Shown one piece after another: positions 26,343-40,349 of a DNA stretch of 64,000 bases. The translations under genes were made by a program, and so were the position numbers. The notes beneath the pieces are model-generated. The model saw only the letters and a list, made by a program, of their open reading frames with translations, was not told where the DNA came from and did no database searches. Where the stretch lies: the NCBI GenBank assembly GCA_951406725.2, contig OX597817.1, positions 170,872,001 to 170,936,000 on the forward strand. Direction: 5' to 3'. This DNA is from Octopus vulgaris. Its lineage: Eukaryota. The number at the start of each line of letters is the position of its first letter. Position 1 is the stretch's first letter.

Positions 26343-26400
26343 ATGAATGTGTGTGTTGGCTGAGATAAAATGTATCTTTGATGCAGTTGAACAGATAATA

Positions 26401-27295
26401 TTGGGATCATCCCATAAATAATGCGTTTTTTTATACTTCCATTATTCTTAAAAATTAAGATAAAGTTCTTTTTTAATCTAAACTATGCTGTCCTTCATTT
26501 TCTACAACGCTCTTCCATCAGTCTGGTAGACTTTCAAGGCCCCTCTTCCAAAATTCACTTGTCCATGCGGAAAAAAATTCTCCAATACTGTTCTGACCTC
26601 ATCTGCAGAATTCCTATTTTTTCTGTCCAAATGATTTTGAAGACTGCTTAATAAATGATAATCAGATGGGGCAATGTCCAGCGAATATAGTGGATGGGGC
26701 ACTGTTCCCCATTCAAACTGCTTCAGCTTTTGGAATGTCATCCTCGCTGTATGTGGCTAAGCATTATCTTGATGGAAGAACACCTTTTGTTTTGATACCA
26801 AAGATGGTCATTTTTCTTCTAGCACTGACTTAAGCCACTCAAGCTGCTCACAGTAGATATCCTTTGTTATCGTTTGGTTTGGGTTTAAAATGTCAAAGTG
26901 GACTAAACCTTTCATATCCCACCAAACAGATAACAACACTTTAAATGGGTGAAGACCTTCTTTAGCCTGGGGTGCCGGTGTTCCTCCTTTCCCTACTCAC
27001 TGTCTTTGGTGCTTGACATTTTCATAGAGAACCCATTTCTTGTCACCAGTCACTGTTTGGTCAAAAAAAGGTTCATTCAAAGAAGAGTGCACATTTACTC
27101 TCAGCATGTGATTAGACTCGGAAAGTTTGAGGAACACGTTGACCCAATTGGCTGATTTTTTCTGATGACATGCAGGTGTCGATGAATGGCTGGATAACCA
27201 AATCCAAGTTTCTCTGCTAGTTTCTCAACAGTTATGATAGGAATTTGTTCCATCAGGGTTTGCAGGGATTCCTCATTGAACTCAAGAGATCTCAA
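26401..27295 (-). pseudogene. Decayed mariner transposase with 3' TIR
   Basis: VPHPLYSLDIAPSDYHL, TVEKLAEKLG..IHRHL; TIR after TA at 26399-26400. Confidence 0.85.
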
Positions 27296-27418
27296 CAGCA
27301 ATGGCATCATAAGAAAAATGGACAGCAAGATGACAGAGAATGACAATTTGTTGCTTTTTCTTTTCTCTGTTACATTCCTATTTCAGTAAGTGGCTGATGG
27401 CCATCATCAAGCCATGGT

Positions 27419-27898
27419 TTAGCCCTTTTGTTACCAACCCGGTGGAAACCAGCTCTGGCTCTGTAGTACAAATGTCTTGTTTTCAAAAGTTTTGAATTAA
27501 AATCTTCCACCAAACCTTAGTCACAATTTATGTTCCTAACACTAGCTGAATGATAACTAAGTTGTTTTACTCAATTCTTTGTTATATTTAAAGTAATTGA
27601 AAGAAACACAGAGTATCTCAAAAAAATATGGTAACAAAAGGGTTAAAATATATAATAGAGAAACAATTCTTAACCCTTTCATTACCAACCCGGCCAAAAC
27701 TGGCTCTAGCTCTGTAGTACAAATGTCTTGGTTTCATAAGTTTTGAATTAAAATCTTCCACCAAACCTTAGTCACAATTTATGTTCCTAACGCTAGCTTA
27801 AAGATAACTAAGTTGTTTTACTCAATTCTTAGTTATATTTAAATTAATTGAAAGAAACACAGAGCATCTCAAAATAAATACAGTAACAAAAGGGTTAA
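27419..27898 (+). mobile_element. Two tandem TTAA-flanked piggyBac-like MITEs (27419-27646, 27670-27898)
   Basis: TTAA-CCCTTT.GTTACC...GTAACAAAAGGG-TTAA, ~228 bp each. Confidence 0.85.
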
Positions 27899-28584
27899 AG
27901 CAGTGGTCTGGCAGCACAAGACACAGAGGAGCAGAGGCACACAATATGTGAATAAGCCTGGGAAACCTCACATTCCATACCAGTTTCACTTCTTGTCCTC
28001 TGATCTTGCTTTTATTTGTATCCTTTACTTAATCATCTGAAATATTAATTGAACAAGACTAAAACAGCCCAAATCACTTCATTCTTTGCACATACTCTAA
28101 AAATATGCAAATTTCAATGCTCAAGATCATAAGGAAATAGAAATTATTAATCAATTTATCAAATATTAGTAAGAATGAAAACATCCCAACTATGCCCATC
28201 CCATCTGTTTTATAGAATTAGAGAATTTTTTCACGTTAGTAAGAATGAAAACATTCAATCATCTTGTCTTTTTAATGGAATCAGAATTTTCCAACAATAA
28301 TCATCCTATTTTTTATGGATTCAGAGATTTTTCAATTTAATAAGAATAAAAGTGTTTGAGCTGTGCCCATCCTGTCTTTTTCCTTTCAGTTCAAATTTCA
28401 ACTCAAACTGAGACAATACACATGAAGATTAATAAATGATCAATAGAAATCAAAAATAATAAAATTTGATAGAATTTAGGATAGAAAAATTTAATAAATA
28501 TTATTGCAATATTATAATAAACACAATTTATGAAAAATCTCAATAGTTATTTTTGCAATCATGTGTAATAATGATTTCAAAATT

Positions 28585-29143
28585 TTTGCCACAAGGGGAG
28601 GGGATTAAGTCAGTTATATCGACCCCAGTGTTCCACCGGTACTTAATTTATTGGCCCTGAACAGATGAAAGGCAAAATCATCCTCAGCGGAATTTGAACT
28701 TAGAATGTAGCAATGGGAAAAATACCTATTTCTTTACTACCCACGAGGGGCTAAACACAGAGAGAACAAACAAGGACAGACACACCGATTAAGTCGATTA
28801 TATCGATGCCAGTACGTAACAGGTACTTAATTTATCGACCCCCGAAAGGATGAAAGGCAAAATCGACCTCGGAGGAATTTGAACTCAGAATGCAGAGGCA
28901 GACGAAATACCTATTTCTTTATTACCCACAAGGGGCTAAACACAGAGGGGACAAACAAGGACAGACATAGGTATTAAGTCGATTACATCGACCCCAGTGC
29001 GTAACTGGCACTTAATTTATCGACCCCGAAAGGATGAAAGGCAAAGTTGACCTCGGCGGAATTTGAACTCTGAACGTAACGGCAGACGAAATACCGCAAA
29101 GCATTTTGCCTGGTGTGCCAACGTTTCTGCCAGCTCGCCGCCT
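28585..29143 (-). mobile_element. SINE family B, tandem trimer of body
   Basis: Three successive Deu-like cores on the minus strand. Confidence 0.85.
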
Positions 29144-29399
29144 TGCAATCATGTGTAACAATGCACACAACAATATACAATAATCCCTTCCCATATCGCC
29201 GTTCACCTATCACGGCTTATTATTTAAGCTTATGTTAATTCTTCTGTGGTGTGTTTTGCATTTATAATAAAATAGATTTATACAAATTAAGAAAATAATA
29301 AAAAAAAGTATACAGTACAGTACTGTTTCTACTTCATGGATTTTCACCTATTGTGGGGGGTTTTGGAACATAAAACCCATGATAGTCAAGGGATTACTG

Positions 29400-29790
29400 C
29401 TGTTGGCATCCTTTTGTCTCGGGACACAATGGAGTTGCACATAAACTAATCCAGTCTGGTTTTTACATTTCATGTTCTCTCCAGTTTCCTCTCCAGTTTT
29501 GCGCAGGCCTGGGCTAGATGTAAGAAAATCCTGGGTACCCCAGTCGTCAGGATTCCTCTCTCGACCTTGCTGACGTAGTCCAAAGAAGTGCAGAGCATTA
29601 CGTTTGGCACCAGCTTGGTTGCAGGAGCTGCCAGAAGAGTGTCGAGTCGAATACTAAACCGCCTACAAGGCTCCACTTCGGATTCCTTTGAAGGTTGTCT
29701 CCTTTCCGTAACCCTGGATAGGGGCCCATACCAGGTACTGTCAGCCGGAGCCAGCTGAGCCTGGAACTTGTGTCAGGCAGGGTCATCACT
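29400..29790. mobile_element. GC-rich repeat fragment resembling an RTE-element 5' UTR
   Basis: TACGTTTGGCACCAGCTTGGTTGCAGGAGCTGCC motif recalled from RTE/BovB-related 5' regions; no database check possible. Confidence 0.35.
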
Positions 29791-30029
29791 CCCTGAAGTA
29801 GTGAAGAAAATTGCTGCCCACTACCTAAAGAGATTACTGTATTTCAAAATAAATAGCAGTGTGTGATATTCAGAAATATTTCATTGTACCTATTTTTGTG
29901 AAAAAGTGATGAAAGCCATTCAGTTGGTATCGAATGTATAGACCTCCTAAGGCCAAGTAGACCGCTAGGAGATGATTTTTCAAAAATAGTGCTCCAGCCA
30001 TGCCCATCCCAACTTTCATTCAAAAGTAA

Positions 30030-30732
30030 AAGTGGTGGTGTTTTAAAGGTGGGGGTAATGTAGTGGCCTTAGTAGTGGTGTTTGCGGTGGTAGTGATGTA
30101 GAGATAGTTGTTTTGTTCTTGGAGCTGTAATGGTAGTTGTCATGGAAATACTGCGGTAGTTGTAGTGAGGTGGTGACAAGAAATGTAGTTGTGGGGGGGT
30201 GATGGTGGTGATGATAGCGGTGGTGATGATGGAACGATAGTGGTAGTGGTGGTTTGGGGGTGGAGTGGGGAGTCGGGTGATGGTGGTGGTGGTGGTGGTA
30301 GTGGCGGTGGTAGTAGTGATAGTTGTGGTGGTGATGATGGTATTGATGGTGGTGGTGATAGTGGTAGTGTTGGTGGTGGTGGTGGTGGTGATTAGTGGTG
30401 GTATTGGTTGTGGTGATGTTGTTAATGGTGGTGATGGTAGTGATGAAAGTAACAGCGGATGTGATGACAGTGGTAGCGATGGTGCTTGCAACAGTGGTGG
30501 TAGTGGTGGTAAAACTGCTGCAGTTGTGGTCGTGATGGTAGTAGTGGTTGTGATGAAGGTGGTTGTGGTGATGGCGGGGATAGTGGTGATGATGATGGTG
30601 ATAATGGTAGTGATGCTGCTGTAGTTGTCATGGTGGTGAGGGGTGGCAGTGGTGGTGGTGGTGGCGGTGGTGGTGGTGGTGGCAGTGGTGGTGGTGGCGG
30701 TGGTGGTGGTGGTGGTGGTGTTGGCGGTAGTT
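30030..30732. repeat. Degenerate (GGT)n low-complexity tract
   Basis: Direct inspection. Confidence 0.9.
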
Positions 30733-31449
30733 TGTAATATTGAAATAATTATGTATTTTGATGACTGGAATCAGAAATATTTACTTAATTGCTTTGTCTG
30801 ATTTTCTGAGAGGAAATGTTAACATACAAAATCGTTGGATATCAAAGAAGTGTGAATTTCATAGTGATTAATTGTTTAAATAATTGGTTTAACTAATTTG
30901 TTATCACTGCTACCACTACTACTACTACTGCTGCATCTGTTGGTGTTGTTGTTGCTCTTATTGTTGCTGATATTGTTGTTTAACTCCTTCATCAAATTTG
31001 ATCATATTTCTGCTCCATCAGAGCAGAACTATGATCAAAAACCTTCCAGCCATGGCCTTCCCAATTATTGTTTTTTGTTTGTTTTTTTTTAACTTATTTT
31101 CACTCTAGTACACTTACCTAGCCCGCATACCTTTTTCTTTTTTTTTTTTTTGCTCCTCTAGCTCAGTGGTTCTCAGTGCACATACACCCTTTGATTATAT
31201 TTCACCCCATTGCCATTCAATGTATATAAAAGAAAAATCTTACTGTAGTTTTATAATTAAATATTATTAGGAATTGTATTAAAAAATTAATTAAAATGTT
31301 TTATGTATTATAGAAGTATGAGCAATTTATTGCACATAAATTTAAACATCAAAATGGACCCCTAAGGGCCATACGGACACCCAAGGGCCTTATGGGCTCT
31401 GGTTGAGAAACACTTCTCTCATATTCACTGTGTACCTTAACTTCACATC

Positions 31450-31765
31450 ACTCTTTCTCACTCTCCCTCTCTCTCTCCCTTTCTCTCTTTCTCTCTCATT
31501 CTCCCTTTCTCTCTCTCTCCTACTCTCCTTTTCTTCCTTTATCTCTCCCTTTTTTGTCTCTTTCTCTTTCTCTCCCTCTCTCTCTCTCTTTCTTCCTTTC
31601 TCCCTCTTTCTCCTTTTCTCTCTTTCTCTCTCACTTTCCCTTTCTCTCTCTCCTACTCTGCCTTTCTCCCTTTTTTGTCTCTCTTTCTCTTTCTCTCTCC
31701 CCCTCTCTCTCTTTCTCACTTTTTCTCTCTCTTCCTCCCCTCCACTCTCTTCCTCTCCCTCACCC
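31450..31765. repeat. (CT)-rich polypyrimidine tract
   Basis: Direct inspection. Confidence 0.9.
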
Positions 31766-32094
31766 CAGATGGAAAGGCCATGTAATCGTCTCATCAACAA
31801 GACACTTGTTCTCGTCCCCTCTATCATACTTTCATATCCCTCAATACTATACCCTGCTCACTTGAGGGGTCTTGTCTTGCAGGTACTTGGTGACCTCACC
31901 AGTGCCAATGACATGGAAAGAGCACCCAGTACACTCTGTAAAGTGGTTGGCAATAGGAAGAGCATCCAGCTGTAGAAACTATACTAAAGTAGACCCTGGA
32001 GCTCAGACAGCTCCCTAGCTCATCAGTTCGTGTTGAACCATCGAAGCCATGCCAGCATGGAAAAAGGATGCTGATGATAATGCTGTTGTTGCTT

Positions 32095-32139
<45 letters not shown>

Positions 32140-32210
32140 ACGACGATGAGTAGTGGTGGTGGTGGTGGTGGTGGTTTTGGTTGTAGTAGTAGTAGTAGTA
32201 GTAGTAGTAA

Positions 32211-32242
<32 letters not shown>

Positions 32243-32620
32243 ATAGTAGTAGTAGTAGTAGTAGTAGTAGACACTTTATTTCCTGTTGCTCCAGTTCACT
32301 CAGCTGACAAAAATGAGTAGTATTTGTACTTCGAAGGGCCAGCCTTGTCACATTCTATGTCACACTGAATCTCCCTAAGAACTACGTTAAGGGTATATAC
32401 ATGTTTGTGGCGTACCCAGCCATTTGCACGTTAATTTCAAGAGCATGTTGTTCCATTGATCAGATGATCAGATCAACCAGAACACTTGCTGTCATAACCA
32501 ATTGAATGGTTATGACAAGTGGTGAGGGGTGGGGGGAACAAACACGGACACAAAGACACACACTCACAGATATTTATACGATGGGCTTCTTTCAGTTTCC
32601 ATCCACCAATCCATTCACAA

Positions 32621-33046
32621 CAGGACCAGATTAAGACCTATTGAGGCCCTAAGCACTTAAAAGATTTTCGTGCCCCCATGAAAGATTATATAATTCAAAA
32701 TATAAACATTAACAAACCATAAAATAAATTTTTATTTTCCAAAACGAAACAAAACAGTAAAATGGAAAATAATGTTTATATTTTGTATACTTCCACTTTA
32801 TTCATATTTGAGAAGTTTCCTCCTACTTTTTTAATTGGAAAGTCTTTGATCAAATCCTCAAAATTAATCTTAGGTAACACATCTGCATCTATTCTTAGTA
32901 GAGATAAAGGCTTCCCAAATATTATTTTAGCAAGTTTAAAGTGATTTCTTTTGTGCCATAAACCATTTACTATTTTTGTGGTGCCCCCTCCTTCCATTGA
33001 TGACCTAAGCACGTGCTCATTTTGCTTAATGGTTAATCCAGCACTG
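32621..33046. mobile_element. hAT MITE inserted in a family-A SINE
   Basis: TIRs CAGGACCAGATTAA / TTAATCCAGCACTG; 8-bp TSD ATTCACAA/ATTTACAA; related fragment at ~23295-23415. Confidence 0.8.
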
Positions 33047-33493
33047 ATTTACAAGGCTTTGGTCAGCCCAAGGCTACAATAAAAGACACTTACCGAAGGT
33101 GCCATGCAGTGGGACTGAACCTGGAGTCATGTGGTTGGGAAGCAAGCTCCTGGCCATGCAGCTGCACCTGCACCCTTGATTCCTATTTCACTCAGATGGA
33201 CCCTCATAACCATTTGGTTTTTAAAAAATCCCTGGGGTGGTGGGGTGGGCAAAGCCCAAGGGCTACCACAGCTGGTACACACTAGCTATATAACTTCAAT
33301 AGTTACCTACATGATATTGTTATCAAAGCAGTGTTGCACAGCTCTTCCTGCTTCAGTCTTCCTGGTTGACAATAGGTTCCACTACACTACTTCAGATGAC
33401 TGCTTAGTAATAAGAATGACGCCATAATAATAATGATGATGATGATGATGGTGATGGTTGTGGTGGTGGTGGTGGTGGTGGTGATGGTGATGG

Positions 33494-33540
<47 letters not shown>

Positions 33541-34049
33541 GCTACAAATGAAAACCAAAAATTTCAACCATATTAGAACAGAAAATAAATTGACTTAAAG
33601 CAGTACAAAAAGAAAATGTAGATGAAGAACTACCATCAGATAAGTAGATTGTTCATCAATGATTTGTTTTAGAATTGGAAGACATTTGCAAATATTGGTA
33701 AAATCATTTCCATTATGTTATACGGTTCTTTGTAGTTCTACTGGCAACATTTTGTCAAGTAAAATACAATATATTCATATATTGGTTAACCTGACATTTA
33801 TTTCCAATACATATTGATCACAGCTTTGATATTTATTCCTTATTTAAAAAGATAGGATCATGAATTAGCAGAAAAAATATAGAGGATTGGTTTAACTACA
33901 TTACAAAATTTTTCGCAATCTCCAATCTAAAGAATCTAGTCCTTTTCTATTGACCAATGCTTGCTGTTGTTGTCGGACTTTCTTATGCATTTCATCCATT
34001 TGCTGATAGTAATTCTCTGCCATAATGGTTTTTTCATGGATCCAAAAAG

Positions 34050-35195
34050 GTGTGATAGATGAGATCGGCCGCAGACCACCAAACAGTCACCATGACCTTC
34101 TTATGGTACAACTTTGTCTTCGGGAAGTGCCATGGAGCTTCGTCAGCATCCAACCATTGAGCTGAGCATCACCAGTTGTTGTAAAGAATCCACTTTTCAT
34201 CACAAGTCACAATCCAGTCAAGAAACGGGTCATTCTTGTTGTGTAAAAGAAGAGAAGACGACACTACAAAACGGCATTTTTTTTTTTGGTTGTCGTTCAG
34301 TTCGTGCAGCACCCATTTCTCAAGTATTTTTGTTTTTCCAATCTCTTTGAAGTGGTTGGAAATTGTCATATACGTTATGTCCAATTCAGAAGCAAGCTCT
34401 CAAACAGTTGTGCATGGATTGGCTTCCACTAAGGCTCTTAGTTAATTGTTGTCAACATCTGATGGCCAACCACTATGCTTATCATCTTCAAGACTCTCAT
34501 CACCACTACAAAATTTCTTGAACCACCATTGTGCTGTACATTCATTAGTGGTTCCTGGGCCAAATGCATCGTTGATATCGCGAGCTGTTTCAGCAGCTTT
34601 TCGGCCTAGCTGGAACTGGAATAAGAAAATTGTGCGAATTTGCTTTTTGTCCATGTTGTATTCAACATTCCGGAAAAAATGGCCTAATTATTCAAAAAGA
34701 AAAAAAGTAACATGATTAGATAAAGCGAAAAATGAACTTTAAAATAATATATAAAGTCAAAGTAATTTGACGACAATCAATTTAAAAATACGGAGATGTA
34801 CTCACATAGCAAGTGATTTGATCTGAGATTGTGTGCTGGAACGAAAACAATTGCAGCGTGGAAGGTGTTTGTAAGCCATTTAAGAAACACACAAAAGCCG
34901 TTCGATTCACTTCAACATTTAAGTTTAATTTGTCAAAATATTTTCGTCGCTATAAGACCGCGACCTGTTCACTGACAAAAATCCGTGCAGCACGGATTTT
35001 TGTTAGTGAACAGGTCGCGGTCTTATAGCGACAAAAATATTTTGACAAATTAAACTTAAATGTTGAAGTGAATCGAACGGCTTTTGTGTGTTTCTTAAAT
35101 GGCTTACAAACACCTTCCATGCTGCAATAATTTAAAAATACATAATTTAAAACCAAAATTTAAAATTCTGCAAGAACTTTCTTGAAAACCTAATA
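34050..35195 (-). pseudogene. Decayed mariner transposon, 5' half
   Basis: MDKKQIRTIFLFQFQLGRKAAETARDIN..WFKKFCSGDESLED, WVLHEL, IVTCDEKWILY; TIR near 35168-35193. Confidence 0.9.
34792..35128. mobile_element. Fold-back element with variant hammerhead motif, inserted in the mariner
   Basis: 139-bp arms centred on 34989; 13-bp TSD AATTTAAAAATAC at 34779-34791 and 35129-35141; same family at 44905-45262. Confidence 0.8.
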
Positions 35196-35529
35196 ATAGA
35201 ATGGGGGACCATAATAAAGTAGTGAAATTCATATCAAATCTTCTATGACATCATGCCCAGTCATGGTGAAATATAACTTTGCTTGAAACCAGTGAGGGTT
35301 GGTGACAGGAGGGGCATTGATCATAGAAAATCTACCTCAACAAGTTTTATCTGACCCAACAAGCATGAAAGAGTGGACATTAAAAAATTCATGAAGATGG
35401 TGATGATGATGATGATGAAGAGGAGGAGGATAAGGATAACAACGATGACAACGATGATGAGGACAACAATGATGATGATGACACGTTCACAAATGTAATC
35501 TTAGACATACAAAAAGATGGGTTTTTTTT

Positions 35530-35831
35530 GTTTGTTCCTTCTTGAGCCATGCCTGGCTCATAAGGGCCAGTTTCTCGGTTTCTTGGCGTATAGGTTACCC
35601 ACCTGGATGGGAAGCCAGTCCGTCGCAGGTGAGCTGCAAGATGCAGGAGGAAAGAGTGAGAGAAAGTTGTGGCGAAGGAGTCAGCAGAAGTTTCGCCATT
35701 TGCTTCTGCCGGAGCCGCGTGGAGCTAAGGTGTTTCGCTCGTAAACACACACAATGTCCAGTCTGAGATTCGAACCTGTGATGCCTCGACCGTGGGTCCG
35801 CTGCTCTAACCACTAGGCCATGTGCTTCTAC
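35530..35831 (-). mobile_element. SINE family C
   Basis: Similar to 1765-2060. Confidence 0.85.
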
Positions 35832-36117
35832 AATACAAAAAGACGGGATGGTCATGGTTAGAATGATTTCAATCATAGGTCTGTTTAATCAGTGTAGGCT
35901 TCAGGTTTAGCATCAACGGTAACAACAACCCAATATGCTCAATCATAAGAAATCGATACCATGACAGTAATTGTATTTTTGTTACTTTCCAGTCTAAGAA
36001 TTCATTATGAGAAAGCAATTAAATATCTCTACAAATGTATGTATGTATGTATGTATGTATGTATGTATATATGTATGTATGAATGTATGTATGTGTGTAT
36101 GTATGTATGTATGTATG

Positions 36118-36163
<46 letters not shown>

Positions 36164-36578
36164 TACATATATATATGTGTGCGTATATATATGTATAAAT
36201 ATATATTTGTCGGTGCAGCTTGATACATATGGTGCCAAAATTCAGAGATAATATTTTCCTAGGAGATTGATACAGTTGTCGGACATTTCCAATATTAATT
36301 TCAGGTTTATGAGATACATATCAAAGATAGAATTCTTTATATTGATACTTTGTTCCAAATAGCAGCACAAAGTAGAGAAAAGTGAATTCTATGAAACTGT
36401 CCCTTTTAATTTCCAAAGATACTCGTTGATATTGGTTGTTTCTGTAAAAGACTTTCTGTCAACACCTTATATGTATGAACATATGCACTTAAAGATATAT
36501 TCTCTCTTTCCGTCTCTCTCTCTCTCTCTTTCTTTCTTTCTCTCTTTCTCTCTCTTTCTCTCTCTCTCTTTCTTTCTT

Positions 36579-36612
<34 letters not shown>

Positions 36613-36654
36613 CCTCTATATACATATGTGTGTGTATATATATATATATCTGTT

Positions 36655-37056
36655 CTTTTATTCTTTTACATGTTTCAGTCATTTGACTGCGGCTATGCTG
36701 GAGCACCACCTTTAGTCAAACAAACTGACCCCAGGACTTATTTTTTGTAAGCCTAATACTTATTCTATCAGTCTGTTTTGCCAAACTGCTAAGTTACAGG
36801 GATGTCAACACACCAGCATTGATTGTCAAGAGATGGTGAAGAGACAAACACAGTCACACAAATACATACATACATACATGTATATATATTTATATATATA
36901 CGACAAGCTTCTTTCAGTTTCCATCTACCAAATCCACTCACAAAGCTTTGGTCAGCCCAAGGCTATAGCAGAAGACACTTGCCCAAGGTGCCGCGCAGTG
37001 GGACTTAACCCAGGACCATGTGGTTGGGAAGCAAACTTCTTACCACACAGCGACAC
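36655..37056 (-). mobile_element. SINE family A
   Basis: Reverse complement of the A consensus. Confidence 0.85.
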
Positions 37057-37196
37057 CTATATATATATAGAAAGAGAGAGAGCGGGAGAGAGAGAGAGAG
37101 AAAGATAGATAGATTGATAGATAGATAGATATATTATGTATGTGTATGTAACATTATACTATATGCATATACAGATATATATTTATAGCACACACA

Positions 37197-37235
<39 letters not shown>

Positions 37236-37903
37236 CTACAAAATTAGAGAATGGAGAAACATACTTAAATCAGTAAAACATCAACTATCCGATGATACTC
37301 AATCCATACTTTAATACACCATTACATATGAGTAAAGGCAATATATAAAATGAAATGAGATATACAGTAATAGTAAAAAGATAAAGAGATATAAGTAAAA
37401 AATTTCAAATATAATATGCAAATAAATCAAAAACTGACAGCTGTTTCGGCAGTGAGGGCAGTCATACCTCATTTAACCTATAAGCCATAAAGGCAGGTAT
37501 AAATGAGGCATTAACAAGGATGCCCCACGGCCTCTTCAGAGAATTAAATTAAATTTGTTATAATAGTGAAAAATATTATATAATCATATACATATAAATA
37601 TAAAAATATAAAAATGTAAAATATAAAAACTTATACATCATAATGCTACACTTATATAATATAATACACATTTGTACAAAAAAGGAAGGTAAACAGAACA
37701 AAATAAAACAAAATATATAACAGTGTATATATTAATATTAATAAGTACCGATATTATACATATTTGGCTAATAGTTTTTTTTATAAAAAAAAAAAAAAAA
37801 AAAAAAAAGGCTAACACATATGGAGATGAAAAATAATAATTAAAACCATGGTACAGTTCATAAAATTCTAAAGCTATAAAAGTTAATAAAAATTACTATT
37901 AAT

Positions 37904-37968
<65 letters not shown>

Positions 37969-39679
37969 TAATAAAAATAGATACAGTTAAGTTAGCACCA
38001 AGTCCATCCTTTCAAGATCGAAATGACTATGAGTTAAGAAATGCTGACCACTAGGTAAAGAAAATTTAGATTAATTCGATTGGCTATTGGTTTGAAATTT
38101 AAATCACAAAAGAAAATTATACGGTTGGTTAGTCAGGGAACGCCAATATTCACACACGCATCTACAGATCAATCGCACATACACACATAGTTATATGTAT
38201 ATACATACACTTATACACATACATAATCACAAGCAACAACTAGCACTTAGATAAACCAAAAAAGGGAAGCAACTATGCTACCATTTAGTCCTTCAAAATT
38301 ATAACTGTGCCTCAATAACAAAAAGAACCATCCATGCATTCCATAAAATATTCAATTTAGATATAAATATATTTTTAAATATCAGTATGTTACTAAGTCA
38401 GATAATTATTTCATGGGTAACTTAAAATTTATAACACCGGTTTGTTGCAGAGTAAACATACGGTTGTTAGATTTATCGTAAGTTTGTTATGATTTTAAGT
38501 ACGCTAAATTATAAAATATAAAATATAAAATATATATTAATTTAAATATTATAAATAAGTCACTTATTAACTTAATAAATATAGTGCCATAATATACCAG
38601 TTTAGGCATTAAAAAATAGAAGGGGAAGCACTAATGTAAACGCTTATGAGAACATCACAGAAATTTTAAATAAATTTTATATTATAAAGACTTAAGATGA
38701 AAAGTGATAAAATAAATAAGAAGGAATAAATACGAAGGAATAAATACGGTTATACACATAATTATAAGTACAAACCAGTATATATGTATTCATATATTAT
38801 TAAAATTAAATAAAAATAAATGATAGATATGTATGTATAAAACTACCCCAGTATAAGTAAATAAGTAAAAAAATAAATAGGTAACAAATTAGATGACTTG
38901 ATATGTATGTAAACATCCACACTTAAATAGGCAAATAAATAAATAAATAGAAGACTAGATGCAAAGATTGATAACATTACAATAAAATGGAAAATAAATA
39001 AAAAATAAATAAAGTGAATATATATGTTATATTGTTGAATGTAAATATGTATGGAAGGATAGTTTAAAGTACAGATCCAGAGGACTATAGATATAAACTA
39101 AATATATAAGGCTGGTAATAATTATAAAGCAAAATGCATGTAAATGAGAAAATGAAAAAAATGAAAAAGGTTTATCAGTGAATAGCATAAGATACAAATT
39201 AAGGTGAGTACAAAAAGACCAAATATACAATAAAAACCTTCCAAATAAACACATACAAAAAACCTATAATCTTAACCTAAACCCACCAAACTCACAAAAG
39301 GCTCTCATATATTACATATTATACAATATCATTACATTATCCAGAGCTAGGTATCTAACCAAGATATATATACATACTATGCAATATACTATGCAATATT
39401 AGAAAACTTCAAAAATCACACATTACAAGGCAAATACCAAAATGAATATGTTATTTTATGTCATATTGCATTTCTCTTAAAAAACAAACAAAAACCCACA
39501 TACAAAAAACAAGAAACCAATAATACTAGACACATCCATTAATTATTATACAAATGTAGCTATAAAAATTATAAAATTATAAAATTTATAAATTGTATAC
39601 TTTAGAATTATAGAAGACCACAGGTATATTTAGTTAAAGAAGGGAATTAAAAAATTAATAATAGTGGAAGTGCTAAGTT

Positions 39680-40290
39680 CTATTTGAATCTAGAAAAGGT
39701 GAACGGTAGCCTATGAATACAAAGAAGTTTTTCATTAATGTTGTTAATAATTTGCCGACCCGCTTTAATAATGAAGAAAATTTCATTAATACATAGAGAG
39801 CATTTTTTATTTTTCCATTATACAGGTGCTGAAGTTAGTATTTTCCAGTTTAATCTAAAATCTAAGTTCTTACTTTTAAGTTCCCAAATGTATGCACTTA
39901 GCCCTGTAGAGTACATTCTATTTTTATTTCTAAAAGTATATCTGTGATAATTCCATCTTTGTTTTATGCTATTCATAGTTGCCCCGATATACACCCTACT
40001 ACTCAATTGTGTATCTACAGTGCATTGGTAAACTACCTCCTTCCTGAGGCATTGATTACCAAATACACATTTATTTTTATTTCTGCAATTACAAAGATTA
40101 ACAGAATAAGGAAATCTAAGATTGGACACCACCCCTATACTACTATTCACATTATAAGTGTTACAATTGTTATCATCATCCAAACCCAAAATCAACGAAT
40201 GAGTTAATTTCACATTATCGGCTATATTCCTATCACTAGTACTAGTAATGGTAGTAGTAGTATGATCTATTACATTTATATTATCTCTGA
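39680..40290 (-). pseudogene. Mirror copy of the GIY-YIG fragment
   Basis: ORF 39818-40213(-) matches the right-arm protein except FPYS/FPHS and a 2-bp deletion giving an early stop. Confidence 0.85.
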
Positions 40291-40349
40291 GCCACCATTA
40301 TCTTCTCTTTAATAACAAGAAACTGGATCACTTCTATAAGGATAGAAAA

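Noticed and set aside
30069-30631. Gly/Val/Thr-rich ORFs
   Set aside because: Degenerate (GGT)n microsatellite with no splice or codon evidence.
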